From contig JAHBMJ010000248.1 of the NCBI GenBank assembly GCA_018398765.1, positions 1 to 53,104 on the forward strand: a DNA stretch of 53,104 bases, read 5' to 3'. Position numbers and translations under genes: made by a program. Within the stretch, counting starts at the first letter, position 1, and every line of letters begins with the position of its first letter. Below the pieces are notes generated by a model. That model worked only from the letters and a program-made list of their open reading frames with translations, ran no database searches and was not told the DNA's origin. This document shows, one piece after another, positions 1 through 11,351 of this stretch. This DNA comes from Chromera velia (taxonomy: Eukaryota).

Positions 1-1
1 T

Positions 2-32
<31 letters not shown>

Positions 33-85
33 CACACACACACACACACACACACACAGTTACACACACACACACTTACACACTT

Positions 86-117
<32 letters not shown>

Positions 118-168
118 GTGTGTGTATATATATATATATACACTATATATATACATATACACATGCAG

Positions 169-202
<34 letters not shown>

Positions 203-357
203 CAGACACACGCACAGACACACGCACAGACACACGTACAGACGCACGCACAGACACACGCACAGGCACACGCACAGACACACGCATAGGCACATGCACA
301 CGTACAGGCACACGTACAGACACACGTACAGACACACGTACACACACACACACACAC

Positions 358-391
<34 letters not shown>

Positions 392-573
392 CAGACACAC
401 GCACAGACACACGTACAGACGCACGCACAGAGACACGCACATGCACACGCACAGGCACACGCACAGACACACGCATAGGCACATGCACACGTACAGGCAC
501 ACGTACAGACACACGTACCCACACACGTACACACATACGTACAGACATACGTACAGACATGCGTACAGACAAA

Positions 574-611
<38 letters not shown>

Positions 612-660
612 TATACAGACACACGTGTACACAGACACACACGTACACAGACACACACAC
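1..660. repeat. (CA)n microsatellite with 14-bp CACACG(C/T)ACAG(A/G)-type compound units, next to an assembly gap (N, 676-960)
   Basis: Directly visible; ORFs here are TH/CV dipeptide artefacts. Confidence 0.95.
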
Positions 661-1208
661 ATAGAGGGGGGGGGGNNNNNNNNNNNNNNNNNNNNNNNNN
701 NNNNNNNNNNNNNNNNNNNNNNNNNNNNNNNNNNNNNNNNNNNNNNNNNNNNNNNNNNNNNNNNNNNNNNNNNNNNNNNNNNNNNNNNNNNNNNNNNNNN
801 NNNNNNNNNNNNNNNNNNNNNNNNNNNNNNNNNNNNNNNNNNNNNNNNNNNNNNNNNNNNNNNNNNNNNNNNNNNNNNNNNNNNNNNNNNNNNNNNNNNN
901 NNNNNNNNNNNNNNNNNNNNNNNNNNNNNNNNNNNNNNNNNNNNNNNNNNNNNNNNNNNNGGGGGGGGGGGGATGGGAAAGGGGAGAACAACGCTCTTGT
1001 AGGCGCATGCAGTCATGGGTGTCCGTCAATTCTCATCTATCTGCTCAAGAAAATGCATATTGAGCTTTGTAGTTCTTTGCTGCCTTGCTTTGGAGTACAA
1101 GAATGTCGGCACTATCATTTATACGACTATTCAATAGTTTGTACCTCTTTGATCATTTTCGTTTCGGTCGCGGTCCCCGGGTCAGCTTGCCCAGGGCACC
1201 TCTACCCC

Positions 1209-4189
1209 TCAGTCTAAGGAGAGGGGCACACAGACAGGTGGGGGTTTCTGCACTTCGTTCAAAAGTTCCGCCAGAACACCCACCGTCATGGCCTGTCCCG
1301 CCAGCGAACAGCCCTGAACTTGCGTCTGGAGGGCCTCTGCCTTTCTTTGCCCTTGCACTTGTTCTCCTGTCTCTGTGTGGGCGCCTACCTGCATTTTGCA
1401 GTAAGGGAGCGGCAGGTCGTGTTCACAAAGAGAGAAGAAGCTTAGGTCTTCGACAAAATCTGAGACGTAGAGGGAGAAAGCATTTTGAAAACGGGACCGG
1501 GGGGTTTGTGAAACAGCTCTGGTTGCTCAACACAGGCAGGTCAAGAGTTGAAAAGAAGGCAAAGAATGAAAGAAAAACTGTGGAAATAAGAATGCCGGTG
1601 CAAGAAGAGTAAAAAGGAAGGAGTGTACAGATGCATGCGTGCAAGCAAAAGACCGGGAGAAATAAAGGCGGACGGGAGAGACAGGTAGACAGACAGATGG
1701 ACGGACAGCGGAAGATACTGCAGTCTTGAGGACAAAACATGTCAGTGAATTCTGCGGCCTATTAGTCAGGTCTTTTCTTTCCTTTCACCGCCTTACTTTT
1801 TGAGCAGCTCTGTCTCCCGCACCGCAGCAGACTTTTTGGAACAACTGCCACCTGGCCGTCTCGTTTTGTCCAGGCACCGGTGAGGGTCTCTTTGCTGCTG
1901 CTGCTGCTGCTGTCATGATGCCGTCTCCGTCTAGTCCCCCTGAATGCCCGCCGTTGGAATTCCTGTCTCCTATCCTTCCCATTGCCGAAGCGTGAGAGAG
2001 GGAGCAGCAGGGGGCGGAAGACCGTCTCTTCTGTTTTGTAGGCGGTGCTGCTGCCGGTCTTTCCCACACACGGACACCTACAGCAGCACTGGTCTCTCTC
2101 ACAACTGGGTGCTGCAGAAGGAACCTCTCGGGCAGAGGTGAGGCCCCACTCCCACCAATTTCCCCTGTGGCCAAAACGGGTTGGCCTCTTTCTCTCCTCT
2201 CGCTCGAGGGGACAGTCGGTTGGTCATTTCTACCAATATTACTGCTACTACCACTGCTGGTTGAATAGAGAGGATTCTGGGCTTCGTCTTGAGTGTCCTC
2301 CTTCCTCTCTTTGGGAGACGCGGAGGACTTTTCTGCCACTGTCTGTTGTTTGCCTGGTGACATTTCTATTGGAGAACTAGGCTCTTTGGACTTGGGATGT
2401 AAGGCGTTTTCTTCCTCTTGGTCTGCTGACTGATCTTCCGGATTTTTTTCTTTTTCTTTCTGAATTGAGACACCCTGCGACTCTGTCTCTGTGTCTGTGT
2501 CTGATCTTCCGAAAGACTTTACTGTCAGACGCTCACCCCCCACGAGATCTGAATTACGAAAGAAAGAGACTTCAAAGTGATCCAAACCTCCCACGGCATC
2601 TGCACGGGGACAGGTGTCGGGGGGTCTCTCTCTAACCTGGTGACCTTGCAGACTCTCAACGTGAGCAGCTGCCAACGGACCCACCTCTATGACCACCTTC
2701 TCGTGCCTCACCCTCCCATTCCCTTTGTATCCGTCTGCTTTGGGTTGTCTCCATGCACGCAGAGAGAGACCTGACTGGAGAAGAGAGAATACGAAAGTAC
2801 TCACCAACGCCCCCCCACGGCTGTGAATTCCCACCAACGCACTCAGGTCCTGCTCACCCCAACATGGCACCTGTACAGTGACAAAGAGGCAGGCGGGAAG
2901 GCAGGCAGAGATGATGTATGATAGAATTCTTTTTTTCATGGACAGAAAAGGAGACTGGCAAACAGGAAAGGAAACAAGCAGGCAGGGAGACACGCGTAGA
3001 GATCGAGAAGCAAACAAACAAAAAGGCAGCCTCGCTGTCATTGCTAGCTCGTTTGGACCATTCCATGAGCAAAGATCCTTTCCATGGCTTTCATCTTTTT
3101 CCTGTGATTTGTTTCTGCATAGACCAGTTTTTTCCCCAGTCTCTCTTTTTTTAATGACATCCAAGCCTCTCTAACTAGCGCTCTATGCCTTTGCATCGGT
3201 CCCTTCCAGGCATAAGGAAACACAGAACATACCCCAGGAAGTTCCCCACCGCAGTTCGCCTCTCTTCCCGCTTCCTTTCTTCCTTCTTCTTCTGCCCCCT
3301 GCCTCTGTGGCAGTTCCCCTTTCAACACCGCGATCGTCCTCCTCTGCAACATCTTCGAGACGTCCTCTGGCCGCCCTTTCAGAGTCTGGACGGAAATGGA
3401 AAAGCGCTCTGACCGCAGAGAGGGGGGAAGTGTCTCTTTCCACAACCAACAGGCGAGGTCAACGAAGTGGTAACCCGAATGGCAAAGTTTTCCATACCCG
3501 TATTTGTACGGGTGATTCTCTTTTGAGTACTCCGACGGTAAGACGAAACACCCGTCGCAGTGGAAGACAAACATATACGTGATGGGAAGGTCAAATGCGT
3601 GCGTGAGGGATTTGACCTCCTCAAGTAACCATCTGTAGCCCTCGTGCATGCGTCTCTGCACCATCACAAAACATTCGTGTTGGGACTTTTCTTGAAGTCC
3701 TCTGAGAAGAGAGAAATCTCTTCTCACTTCGTCTCCAGGACGCTGACCGTCCCCATAGTCAGATGGCACTGTGATGGGTTTGTCAACCAGTATTCTCAAT
3801 GGCAGTGGCTTTGGACCGTCTGATTCCTCCGTTCCACGCTGCGTAGACGGCAAGTGAAGAAGAAACTTGAGGAATGCTCTGTGCGCTTTGGGCTCTGTGG
3901 AGACGATCACCACATCCACCCGTCTCTCTCGGAGGGCTTCAGTTAGGGCAGAGCAAACCCGTTCAGAGAGATCGAGGGCGTCCCTCTCTGCATCAGGAAC
4001 CTCTACAAAGAGGGGTGGGGAGGGGGAGGAGGGGAAAGCGGTGAGTGCCTCGGGAGCTCTGGAGGAGAGCTCCACCACCACCTGCAGACTGCCGAGTTCT
4101 CTGATGAACGGGATGTAGATCCTCTTCGCATGAGGTCCAAAGCCAATCAAACAGAAATGTAGACCATCTCTGCTGCTCTGTCTGCTCAT
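1209..4189 (-). CDS. Gfo/Idh/MocA-like NAD(P)-dependent oxidoreductase, bacterial-type; exons complement(3233..4189, 1797..2870, 1209..1388), ~736 aa
   Basis: ATG 4189. Rossmann start FCLIGFGPHAKRIY; VVIVSTEPKAH; ILVDKP (EKP-equivalent); QRR; GKLCHSGYHFVDL; YKGNGRVRHE; HFEVSFFRNS; GQNETAR. Phase-0 GT-AG introns 2871-3232 (GTATGT..TACAG) and 1389-1796 (GTAAGG..TGCAG) join the frames cleanly. Confidence 0.75.
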
Positions 4190-4844
4190 GATCAATAAAG
4201 AACATGCAGTGCACAAGACGCTCCACGATATAGCTGGCGTTCCAACAACTGAACTCAAATCAGTCGTGAGGGGATATATATATATATATATATACTGATA
4301 AAATCCTTGATCGAGTTCTGCTGTGGAAGGTACTGACACCCGTGTGTGCAGCTAGACCTCTACAGAAAGAAGGGTGCGGGTATATAGCTCTGCGCTGCAT
4401 GTCTGTGTGTCTGTCGCTGCCGCATCTATATATGTGGGGACTCCCTTCAAATGTACAGCCATGATTGCGCTGCTTATATATAGGACGCATGCTCTGCATG
4501 CTCTGCATCAATGCAACACTCTGCAACATTCTGCAACACCGTTGTGTTCATGCAACATCTTGCAACACACGGTCAAGTTAAACATTCCTCCATGCGTCGA
4601 TCAATCAAACTCCACCTTACCACTGGGAGAACAATGCAAGAATAAGCCCTTTCTCGCAATTGCAACTGGTGCCTACATATCCTCTCAAGCAGCTGTTGCG
4701 TATATACAGTCGGTTAGTATTCAGTTGCCTGTTGCTAACAACTGTTGCTCAACACTGCTAAAGTCTGACGGTTCGTTCTTCGCGACTAGTCCAACCAACT
4801 CACATACCTAGACCAAAGAAAGGGGGGAAGACCCAGTGACAAGC
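4190..4844. promoter_or_regulatory. Putative bidirectional promoter with five TGCAACA motifs (4512, 4522, 4532, 4551, 4561)
   Basis: 655-bp gap between head-to-head ATGs; motif copies spaced 10, 10, 19 and 10 bp. Confidence 0.4.
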
Positions 4845-7800
4845 ATGATATCCCTCTCACGTGGCAAATTGCCGGGCATAGCGTTGACTTTCCGTCTGCA
4901 GTTGTCTTCTGCTTTTCCACTTTTTACGAGACACCTCCACACCCTCTCACACGAACTGCAAGAGGCGCGCGAAACGTATCGATCCGAAGGATTCGTTTGC
5001 TTCCGCTCTGCTCTTCCTTCGCATTTTTTAGAGAGTCTCCGGGAGGCTTTCTCCTTCTTTGTGAAGGAATCTAAACGCCACCAGAGGCACACAGCTGCAT
5101 TCGACATTGCAGACACGCACACGCAGAGCAACCCCCAAGTGAAAAAAATCAAACGCCCGCATCTGTGGCATCCCGTCTTTGCAAACATCACCCGGCATCC
5201 CTCTGTCGTCTCTCTCGTCAGCAGGCTTCTACAGAGAGATGTCGAAGGGGCACCTCACCACAGTCCCCCTGGAGCAATCCGTGTGGGTGTGCGATTCCAG
5301 GGGGACAAACTGAACTCGAAGCCCCCCCTCCAGCCGTCCAGTGCGATCGCCTTCCATCAAGATTGGGCCTTCTATCCCCACACTAATGATGACTTGTGCA
5401 CAGTCTCCATTCCCCTCGAGGACCTAGATGAAGAGAACGGGACTCTGCTTTATGTTCCCTCGTCTCATAGAGGCCCCCTCTTTTCGCATCACGACAAAAA
5501 CACAGGCAACTTTGCGGGAGGCATCACTGATTCGGATTTCGATCCCAAGAGCGTTCCCCTGAAGGCTCTCGTGTGTCCCGCTGGGTCCATTGCCGTCCAC
5601 CACGTGCGTACTGTGCACGGCTCCTTGCCCAATCTGTCAACCCGTCCCCGTCCGCTGCTGCTTCTCCAATACGCACTCGGGGACGCGTGGCCTCTTCAGC
5701 AACATCCCCGAGGAGCGTGGGGAATAGAGGCCGGTCCCGAAAGGCAAATTGACGAGTGGACAATCAGCCAAGCGTACACTGTGACTGAAGGAACAGAACC
5801 GGTCCGACGCCCCTTTCTTAGCTCGGTTCCCGTCTCCCTGCCGATGCCCTGGCCGGGACGCGGAGAGCTCAACTCGTTGTATGCCACACAGTCTGTTTTG
5901 GATTCTAGTGCAGTGGATTTGAAGCGTCTCCCACAGGGGGTGGGGGTCGTTAAATGTGTGGACGGCAGGGGCGATAGGGATGTGGACAGGAGGGGTCCGG
6001 CCATGGGGTCGCAATTTCGATTTCTTTTTGAGAAAGCCCGGATGGCTGCCCGAGATGGTGATGTAGGCGAGTGCCTTGGTTGGCAGCGTCTGCTTCAATT
6101 TGTGGGAGGGGGTCCTTATGGGCAGATCTTTCAGTGTGTGTCGTTGCGAGAGAAGCTTCAGAAACGCCTTGTAGAGCTGTGTCTGTCGGATGAGAAGGGA
6201 AGAAGTGTGGATTCGGGAGAGGGGGGGCATGGGGACGAGAGAATCTTTGAGGGTTTGCGGTCTCTGTTTCAAAAGGAGATTTTGCCAACGGAAGAGTTTC
6301 GATTGGCGTTTGAAAACTTCAAAGACAGAAGGGCGGAGGCAAGGGCGTCTGAGTTCATGCAGGTGATGAAAGATCATCTTCCGCATTCAGAGAGGGCGAC
6401 TGGCATGTCAGACAAAGACAGAGAGGAAGGAAAAAATATAAAAAAGTTTCGTCTTTTGGATTGGGGTTGTGGAGATGGGAGTGTGGCTTCGTCTCTGGGC
6501 AGGGCTCTGGGGGATCAGTGGGAAGTTTCTGGGTGTGATGTGAGGGCAGAGGGAGGAGGCAGCCAGCCAAAGAACTTCCCGTCTAACGTCCAATTTGACA
6601 GAGTTCCTCCGACATCCGCTGAAGATTGGATGTGTGTTCCCGGGCTTGTGGCAGGTGGACAACCGTCTGCTTCTTCTTCGTCCAGCATCCGCAGCAGCAT
6701 GAGTAATGGTAGTGGAGAAACAAGTGCATCAATGACAGAAAGCCAGATGATGCCCAAACTGGGGGAGTACAGACTGCCATATGCCGACAGAAGCATCGAC
6801 GTGATGACCTTCTGCATGTCTCTGCATCACGCCCACTGGAGACAGGAGGTCTTCAACGAGGTTGGTTGGTCGGAGGAACGTTTGTCTGTGTGGGTTTGTT
6901 TGACAGGTGGAGTAGAAACACATTGTACTGGAAGACAGGAAACACCAAGCTTACGGGCCCTAGGCAGTCTTCAAGGACGCTGGGTGCTTGCTGGTATTTT
7001 TGAATCAGAAATCAATCAGTGGTAAAGTAATAAAAATGATTTGTTTTTATCTTTGTGAAGGTTTCTGCATGCACTTTTGTATTGCCAAGGTGATCATGTG
7101 TGCAAACAAGTCGATGAGAGGATATGAGAGTCAATTCAAGGGACTCTACTTCACATTCCTTCCTGTGCAGTTTTGGCGAGTCCTGAAGCGTCCCGGAGGG
7201 CTTCTCTGTCTGAGAGAACATGACGTGTCGGACGAGGAGACAAAGGCCGTGTTGGACCTTGTACATGGACTGCACCTCCGCGTGTGGGCTTCTGATGAGA
7301 AGGCACTGCCCTCCTTTTGTGAAGAGTTCAGGTCTGTCTGTCAGGCAGGCAGATCGCATCGGAGTGGGGCTCGTGCATACCCCATCGAGCTAAGGAAGGA
7401 ATGAAAGAGAGACAGGAGAAAAAACAAATTGGACATGCAAACCAAAGCGCAAGATTGAATTTTGAAAGAAAATCAGAGGGTGGAGCTGTGCCGTGAGTCC
7501 GTCGGCGGTAAGGGCTGCATGTCCAAGAAAGCGACTCAAAAAGCCTGAAACAGAAAAATGACAGAGAACCCAGAATGACGGTTCACAGTAGCCGGGTCTG
7601 TCTCTGGTGTTCTCAAGACGGTCTTCCTCTTTCCTCACATCATTCTGCGGCTTTGCAGACATACATACAACGAATCACCGTCACACACGACTTGTTCTTT
7701 TTCAAGCGCTGATACTCTTCCGGCCCGTTGTCCATCTCGTCCGTTATTTTGCGTGTCTGCTGACCATTTCGCATCCCATGCAGAATCCCATGCATCTCTC

Positions 7801-8167
7801 TGTAAAAGCTTTGCATTCATTGTTCTCTCCTCAATGCAGGTCATTCTACACCTCTGAACCCGTGTGGCACGCTGCTCTGACTGCGGCTGGCTTTAAACGA
7901 CTGGTGCTGCGGCCTGCGAACGATGAGAGAGTTCCCCTTAACACGGCCCCCTCTGCTGAAAGTGCTGTCACTGGTTTTACACAGTCTCCTCCGGACAGTA
8001 CAGCTGCAGCAGGCGGGGAGGCTCAACGAAGCAATTCGGCAGGATCAATCGGAGGCTCAGAAAAGCTCGTTGAAGATCTGGATAGACTGGAAGTTGGTAT
8101 TTTTTCTGAACAAGAGGCCTTCTTCCAAAACCCTAAGAAGGTCTTCTATGCGCTTTACACGACTTGA
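4845..8167 (+). CDS. PhyH-family Fe(II)/2-oxoglutarate dioxygenase fused to a C-terminal class I SAM-dependent methyltransferase; exons 4845..6860, 7171..7331, 7840..8167, ~834 aa
   Basis: PhyH: YRSEGFV, KLNSKPP, FHQDW (HxD), IPLEDLDEENGTLLYVPSSH, HGSLPNLSTRPR. MTase: LLDWGCGDG (motif I), LPYADRSIDV, SLHH, E|FWRVLKRPGGLLCLREHD. Introns 6861-7170 (phase 0) and 7332-7839 (phase 2) keep frame. Confidence 0.85.
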
Positions 8168-8575
8168 TTGAAGCAACATGTACACATTATGTTTGTTTTA
8201 GTTGGTTAGTTAGTTAGTTACTTACAGAATGTTTTTATTTTTATTGGATATTTATAAGAACTTACAGCTGTGCGCATATTTATATATATTTTTGCAGGCA
8301 AAGTAAGGCAAACATATACAAATATGAAATAAAATTTAAACATTAGTTTCTTTCAAGATATTTTGAGATTGACAGCTTTTTCGTACTCCTTTTTCGTTTG
8401 TAGTTTTAAGCCATTAATTCTTTAAATTTCGTTTAATTTACGTTTCATTTAGTTTTGTGTAGATTTAGTTTTATCTAGAGTTTCATTCATATTTGATTCA
8501 TAAATAATTTAACCTAGAATTTAATGGGATAATTGCCGTTGCGATCCTACAATTTAAACAATGACTTTATATCTA

Positions 8576-8838
8576 GAGGTGATCCCAATAGTTTTAAATT
8601 TTTAAATAAAATGATGACACCCCGGCCCCACTTTAACTGTAAACTTTAAAATTTTTCCTTTAAACACTTTAAAACTACTATGCGTAGTATGCAACTTGAA
8701 AGAACGGTAGAAAAGTGATGTTTTCTGTCAGTTCTAGTTCTAATTTTTCTTTTTTAAGTGTTTTAATATTTTAAATTATTTATTTAAAGTGAAATCATCG
8801 TCACTTTAATGTAAATGTAAATATATTGGGATCACCCC
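8576..8838. mobile_element. MITE with ~40-bp imperfect TIRs (G(A/G)GGTGATCCCAATA...), in cTA...TAg context
   Basis: CTAGAGGTGATCCCAATA at 8573 versus TATTGGGATCACCCCTAG ending 8841 (17/18 inverted match); AT-rich interior. Confidence 0.7.
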
Positions 8839-9039
8839 TAGCTTCATATCTATCGGAATAGTTCAAGTTTAGTAATTTATAAATAGTTTACTATCTAGTT
8901 TACTATTTTCACGGTTAAAAAACATACCTCAATCACCCATAGATGATGACATATATATAAGTTTTTTACTGATTTTGTATGATTTTAAAATTCAGATTTT
9001 TTCAGAATTATTCAGAACGCATACTACTGTAGTAGTACA

Positions 9040-10566
9040 TCATCGCCTCTGCCCATATTCTAGTATTTCAAAGAACCGCTGGCCTGCTCGGAACGGATCT
9101 GAAGTGTCGATTCTCCACTGGAGAAGAGATGCACGTTTGTTTGAATATCTTCTGGAATAATTCGGAGGGGGATCCCACGGCAAGAAATCAAGGCTGAAGT
9201 TTCTAACCCCGTGCTGCCCTTCTCTTCCAACGGCTACAATTTCTTCCCTCACAAGTTCAGCCATCGGAATGAAGTGAAAGAAACGCGATCGCTCCGCTGC
9301 GTTCATGCCTGAGAGCAGGCGCCGCTCGGAGGGTGTTACGTTCGGGAGGGTACTGTTGTGAGGTGAACCGACCAGAAGAAACTCGAAATCGTCTTCGTCA
9401 TACGGAACGGTAACCCTTCTGGTCTTTTTGCATGAAGGAACAAGCGCATTACGGCTTTGCGAAATCCAACACGCACTTTTCAGTTGCACTCTTTGCCATT
9501 TCATTGCTGGCCTCCCACTGAGTCGAATTTCGATGTCGTAGGGGTCGGAGGGACAGGGGGGCGTCTCACTATTTTCCTCCAACCCGCCCGGAACATGATC
9601 AAAGAGCTGATGCTGACACCTTTCCATCATAGCCTGCTCCGCAAGGTGGAAAGGGCTCAGCTGCGTGCGAAGAGTATCCAGACGGGCCAAACCGTTAGAC
9701 ACGTGAGCAGAATGCCACATTTCAAGCAGCACGGCGCCCACATTCTTTTCGCAAGTTCCCCATCCAAAAGCGCAGCGGCTCTCTTCAGTGTCATGTTTCC
9801 CCCCCGGAGTGACCTTCAGATAGCCTGTCCCGGTTGTGAAGGAGTCACCGGAGAAAACCCACACTCTCGGAGCCTCATGAGAACCCTCCTCTAGTGAGAT
9901 ACAGACAACAGCCATTCCCGGATAACCCCTCACACTGTTGAAACCCCAAACTGGTCGTCCGTAAAAACCTTGTGATGCCCCTCTCGTCGACTTCACCTGG
10001 ACCGGCAACCACCAGTCCTCAGTGCATCCTGTTGGGCGAACAACAAGGTCGGCACGAGCGTGGAGCGGCCAACGAACGCGCGGCTCCTCAAGCCCAAAGA
10101 ACCCCGTTGCCGGACGGAAACTTTCGCGAAGAAGTGACATAGCTGCACGCTCAATGTCAAGACGTTCGCGCAATGCAAGCGCTCCAGTCTTCCGTTCGCT
10201 TTCCAGGCGCGTTTCATTTTTGGAAGCAATGAAACGCGGGCTCGCGAACTCGTCAGAGTTCACTCCGCTTTCTTGATATGTAGAATCACTGACAGCAGTG
10301 CGTTCGTCTAAGCAATCAGCAAAAAGAGAACCCGCTGCAACAATGCCAGGTGCAATGATCTCAGAAAAAAACCTGTTCTGCTCGATGGCGAAACTGTGCC
10401 TTGTGATCGGACTTTCCAAAGAAAAGTTGCATCTCGGTGCGAGGATGCGGTATGCTCTTTGTGTGCTCAACTGCGCGACGCGCCTATCTCTTGTGATATC
10501 CCAAGAAGGTCTCGCGAGAGTGGAGAGATGTCGACACCCCTTCTCCGAGATACGTAGAGTAAGCAT
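9040..10566 (-). CDS. Intronless protein with two tandem PD-(D/E)XK-type endonuclease modules (PDDEXK_5/I-Ssp6803I-like)
   Basis: 508-aa ORF. Module 1: IERAAM..ARADLVVR..WLPVQVKST. Module 2: AEQAMM..DPYDIEIR..WQRVQLKSA..YDEDDFEFLLV. Confidence 0.6.
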   Translation of the reverse strand: MLTLRISEKGCRHLSTLARPSWDITRDRRVAQLSTQRAYRILAPRCNFSLESPITRHSFAIEQNRFFSEIIAPGIVAAGSLFADCLDERTAVSDSTYQESGVNSDEFASPRFIASKNETRLESERKTGALALRERLDIERAAMSLLRESFRPATGFFGLEEPRVRWPLHARADLVVRPTGCTEDWWLPVQVKSTRGASQGFYGRPVWGFNSVRGYPGMAVVCISLEEGSHEAPRVWVFSGDSFTTGTGYLKVTPGGKHDTEESRCAFGWGTCEKNVGAVLLEMWHSAHVSNGLARLDTLRTQLSPFHLAEQAMMERCQHQLFDHVPGGLEENSETPPCPSDPYDIEIRLSGRPAMKWQRVQLKSACWISQSRNALVPSCKKTRRVTVPYDEDDFEFLLVGSPHNSTLPNVTPSERRLLSGMNAAERSRFFHFIPMAELVREEIVAVGREGQHGVRNFSLDFLPWDPPPNYSRRYSNKRASLLQWRIDTSDPFRAGQRFFEILEYGQRR

Positions 10567-10992
10567 CGTTGCTCAAGAGGCCACGAAGGTAGTGCGTCGC
10601 AAACGATGGTTGCACTGGCGCATGTTCTGCGAAGGAGACGTACGTGGCAAAACAATTATTAATAGATTCTGCATTGCTTTTTGTCGGGGCACATGGAGTC
10701 GATCCAGCGAATTTGACAAGGTTGCATGATCGCTTTCCGGGCGCATTGAGACTGGCTTTGAGGAGCCCCGCACTGTAAGAGAATTTTTAGAGATGGAGAC
10801 TCATTGGAGAGGAGAGGATATTCTCCGCCGATCGAATCTAGATCTCTGGTAAGGAGACGGCAAAAACATGCAAATTAAAACGCATTCGTGGCATGCCCTG
10901 GCCCCTTGCATCGTGCGATATCGTGCATGATTCGTGCACTCCGTTAAGCCGTATCAAGGGGGCGCATTTCGCCCAACGCCGTATAGCTGTTT

Positions 10993-11351
10993 CAATGCCT
11001 GTAAAGCCCGCGGCGTTTGTGGGTAAACGCCGCGGGGCCGCGGAGCGGCGGTTTCCTCGTGTCCGCGCCGCGCCGCGGAGCGACTGTCCAAGCTACTCTG
11101 TGGAGCCCCGCGACAAACCGTTCACAGACTTGTCAAAACACAGTGAAAACATGCATACCAAAGAGCTTCCCGAAAAATTTTGGCATCTGCAGCGCAAATT
11201 GCTCGTTTTATGAGTATATATTGGCAGGGTGGGTGGGGAAGGGTGCGCCGCCGCGGAAGGGCTTGAAAGAGTCCGCGGCACAGCCGCGGACCAAATTGAA
11301 GAGCCCCGCGGCGCAGCCGTGGGGCTCAAAATGGTGGCTTTACAGGTATTG
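10993..11351. mobile_element. Non-autonomous hAT-type MITE, 359 bp
   Basis: 16-bp TIRs CAAT(G/A)CCTGTAAAGCC (15/16), perfect 8-bp TSD AGCTGTTT (10985-10992, 11352-11359), GC-rich interior with many CCGCGG and a 12-bp hairpin (11007-11036). Confidence 0.85.

Noticed and set aside
76..1217. Long His/Thr- or Cys/Val-rich ORFs
   Set aside because: Translations of (CA)n microsatellite and the N gap; the same applies to 25163-25787, 32789-33321 and 40711-41094
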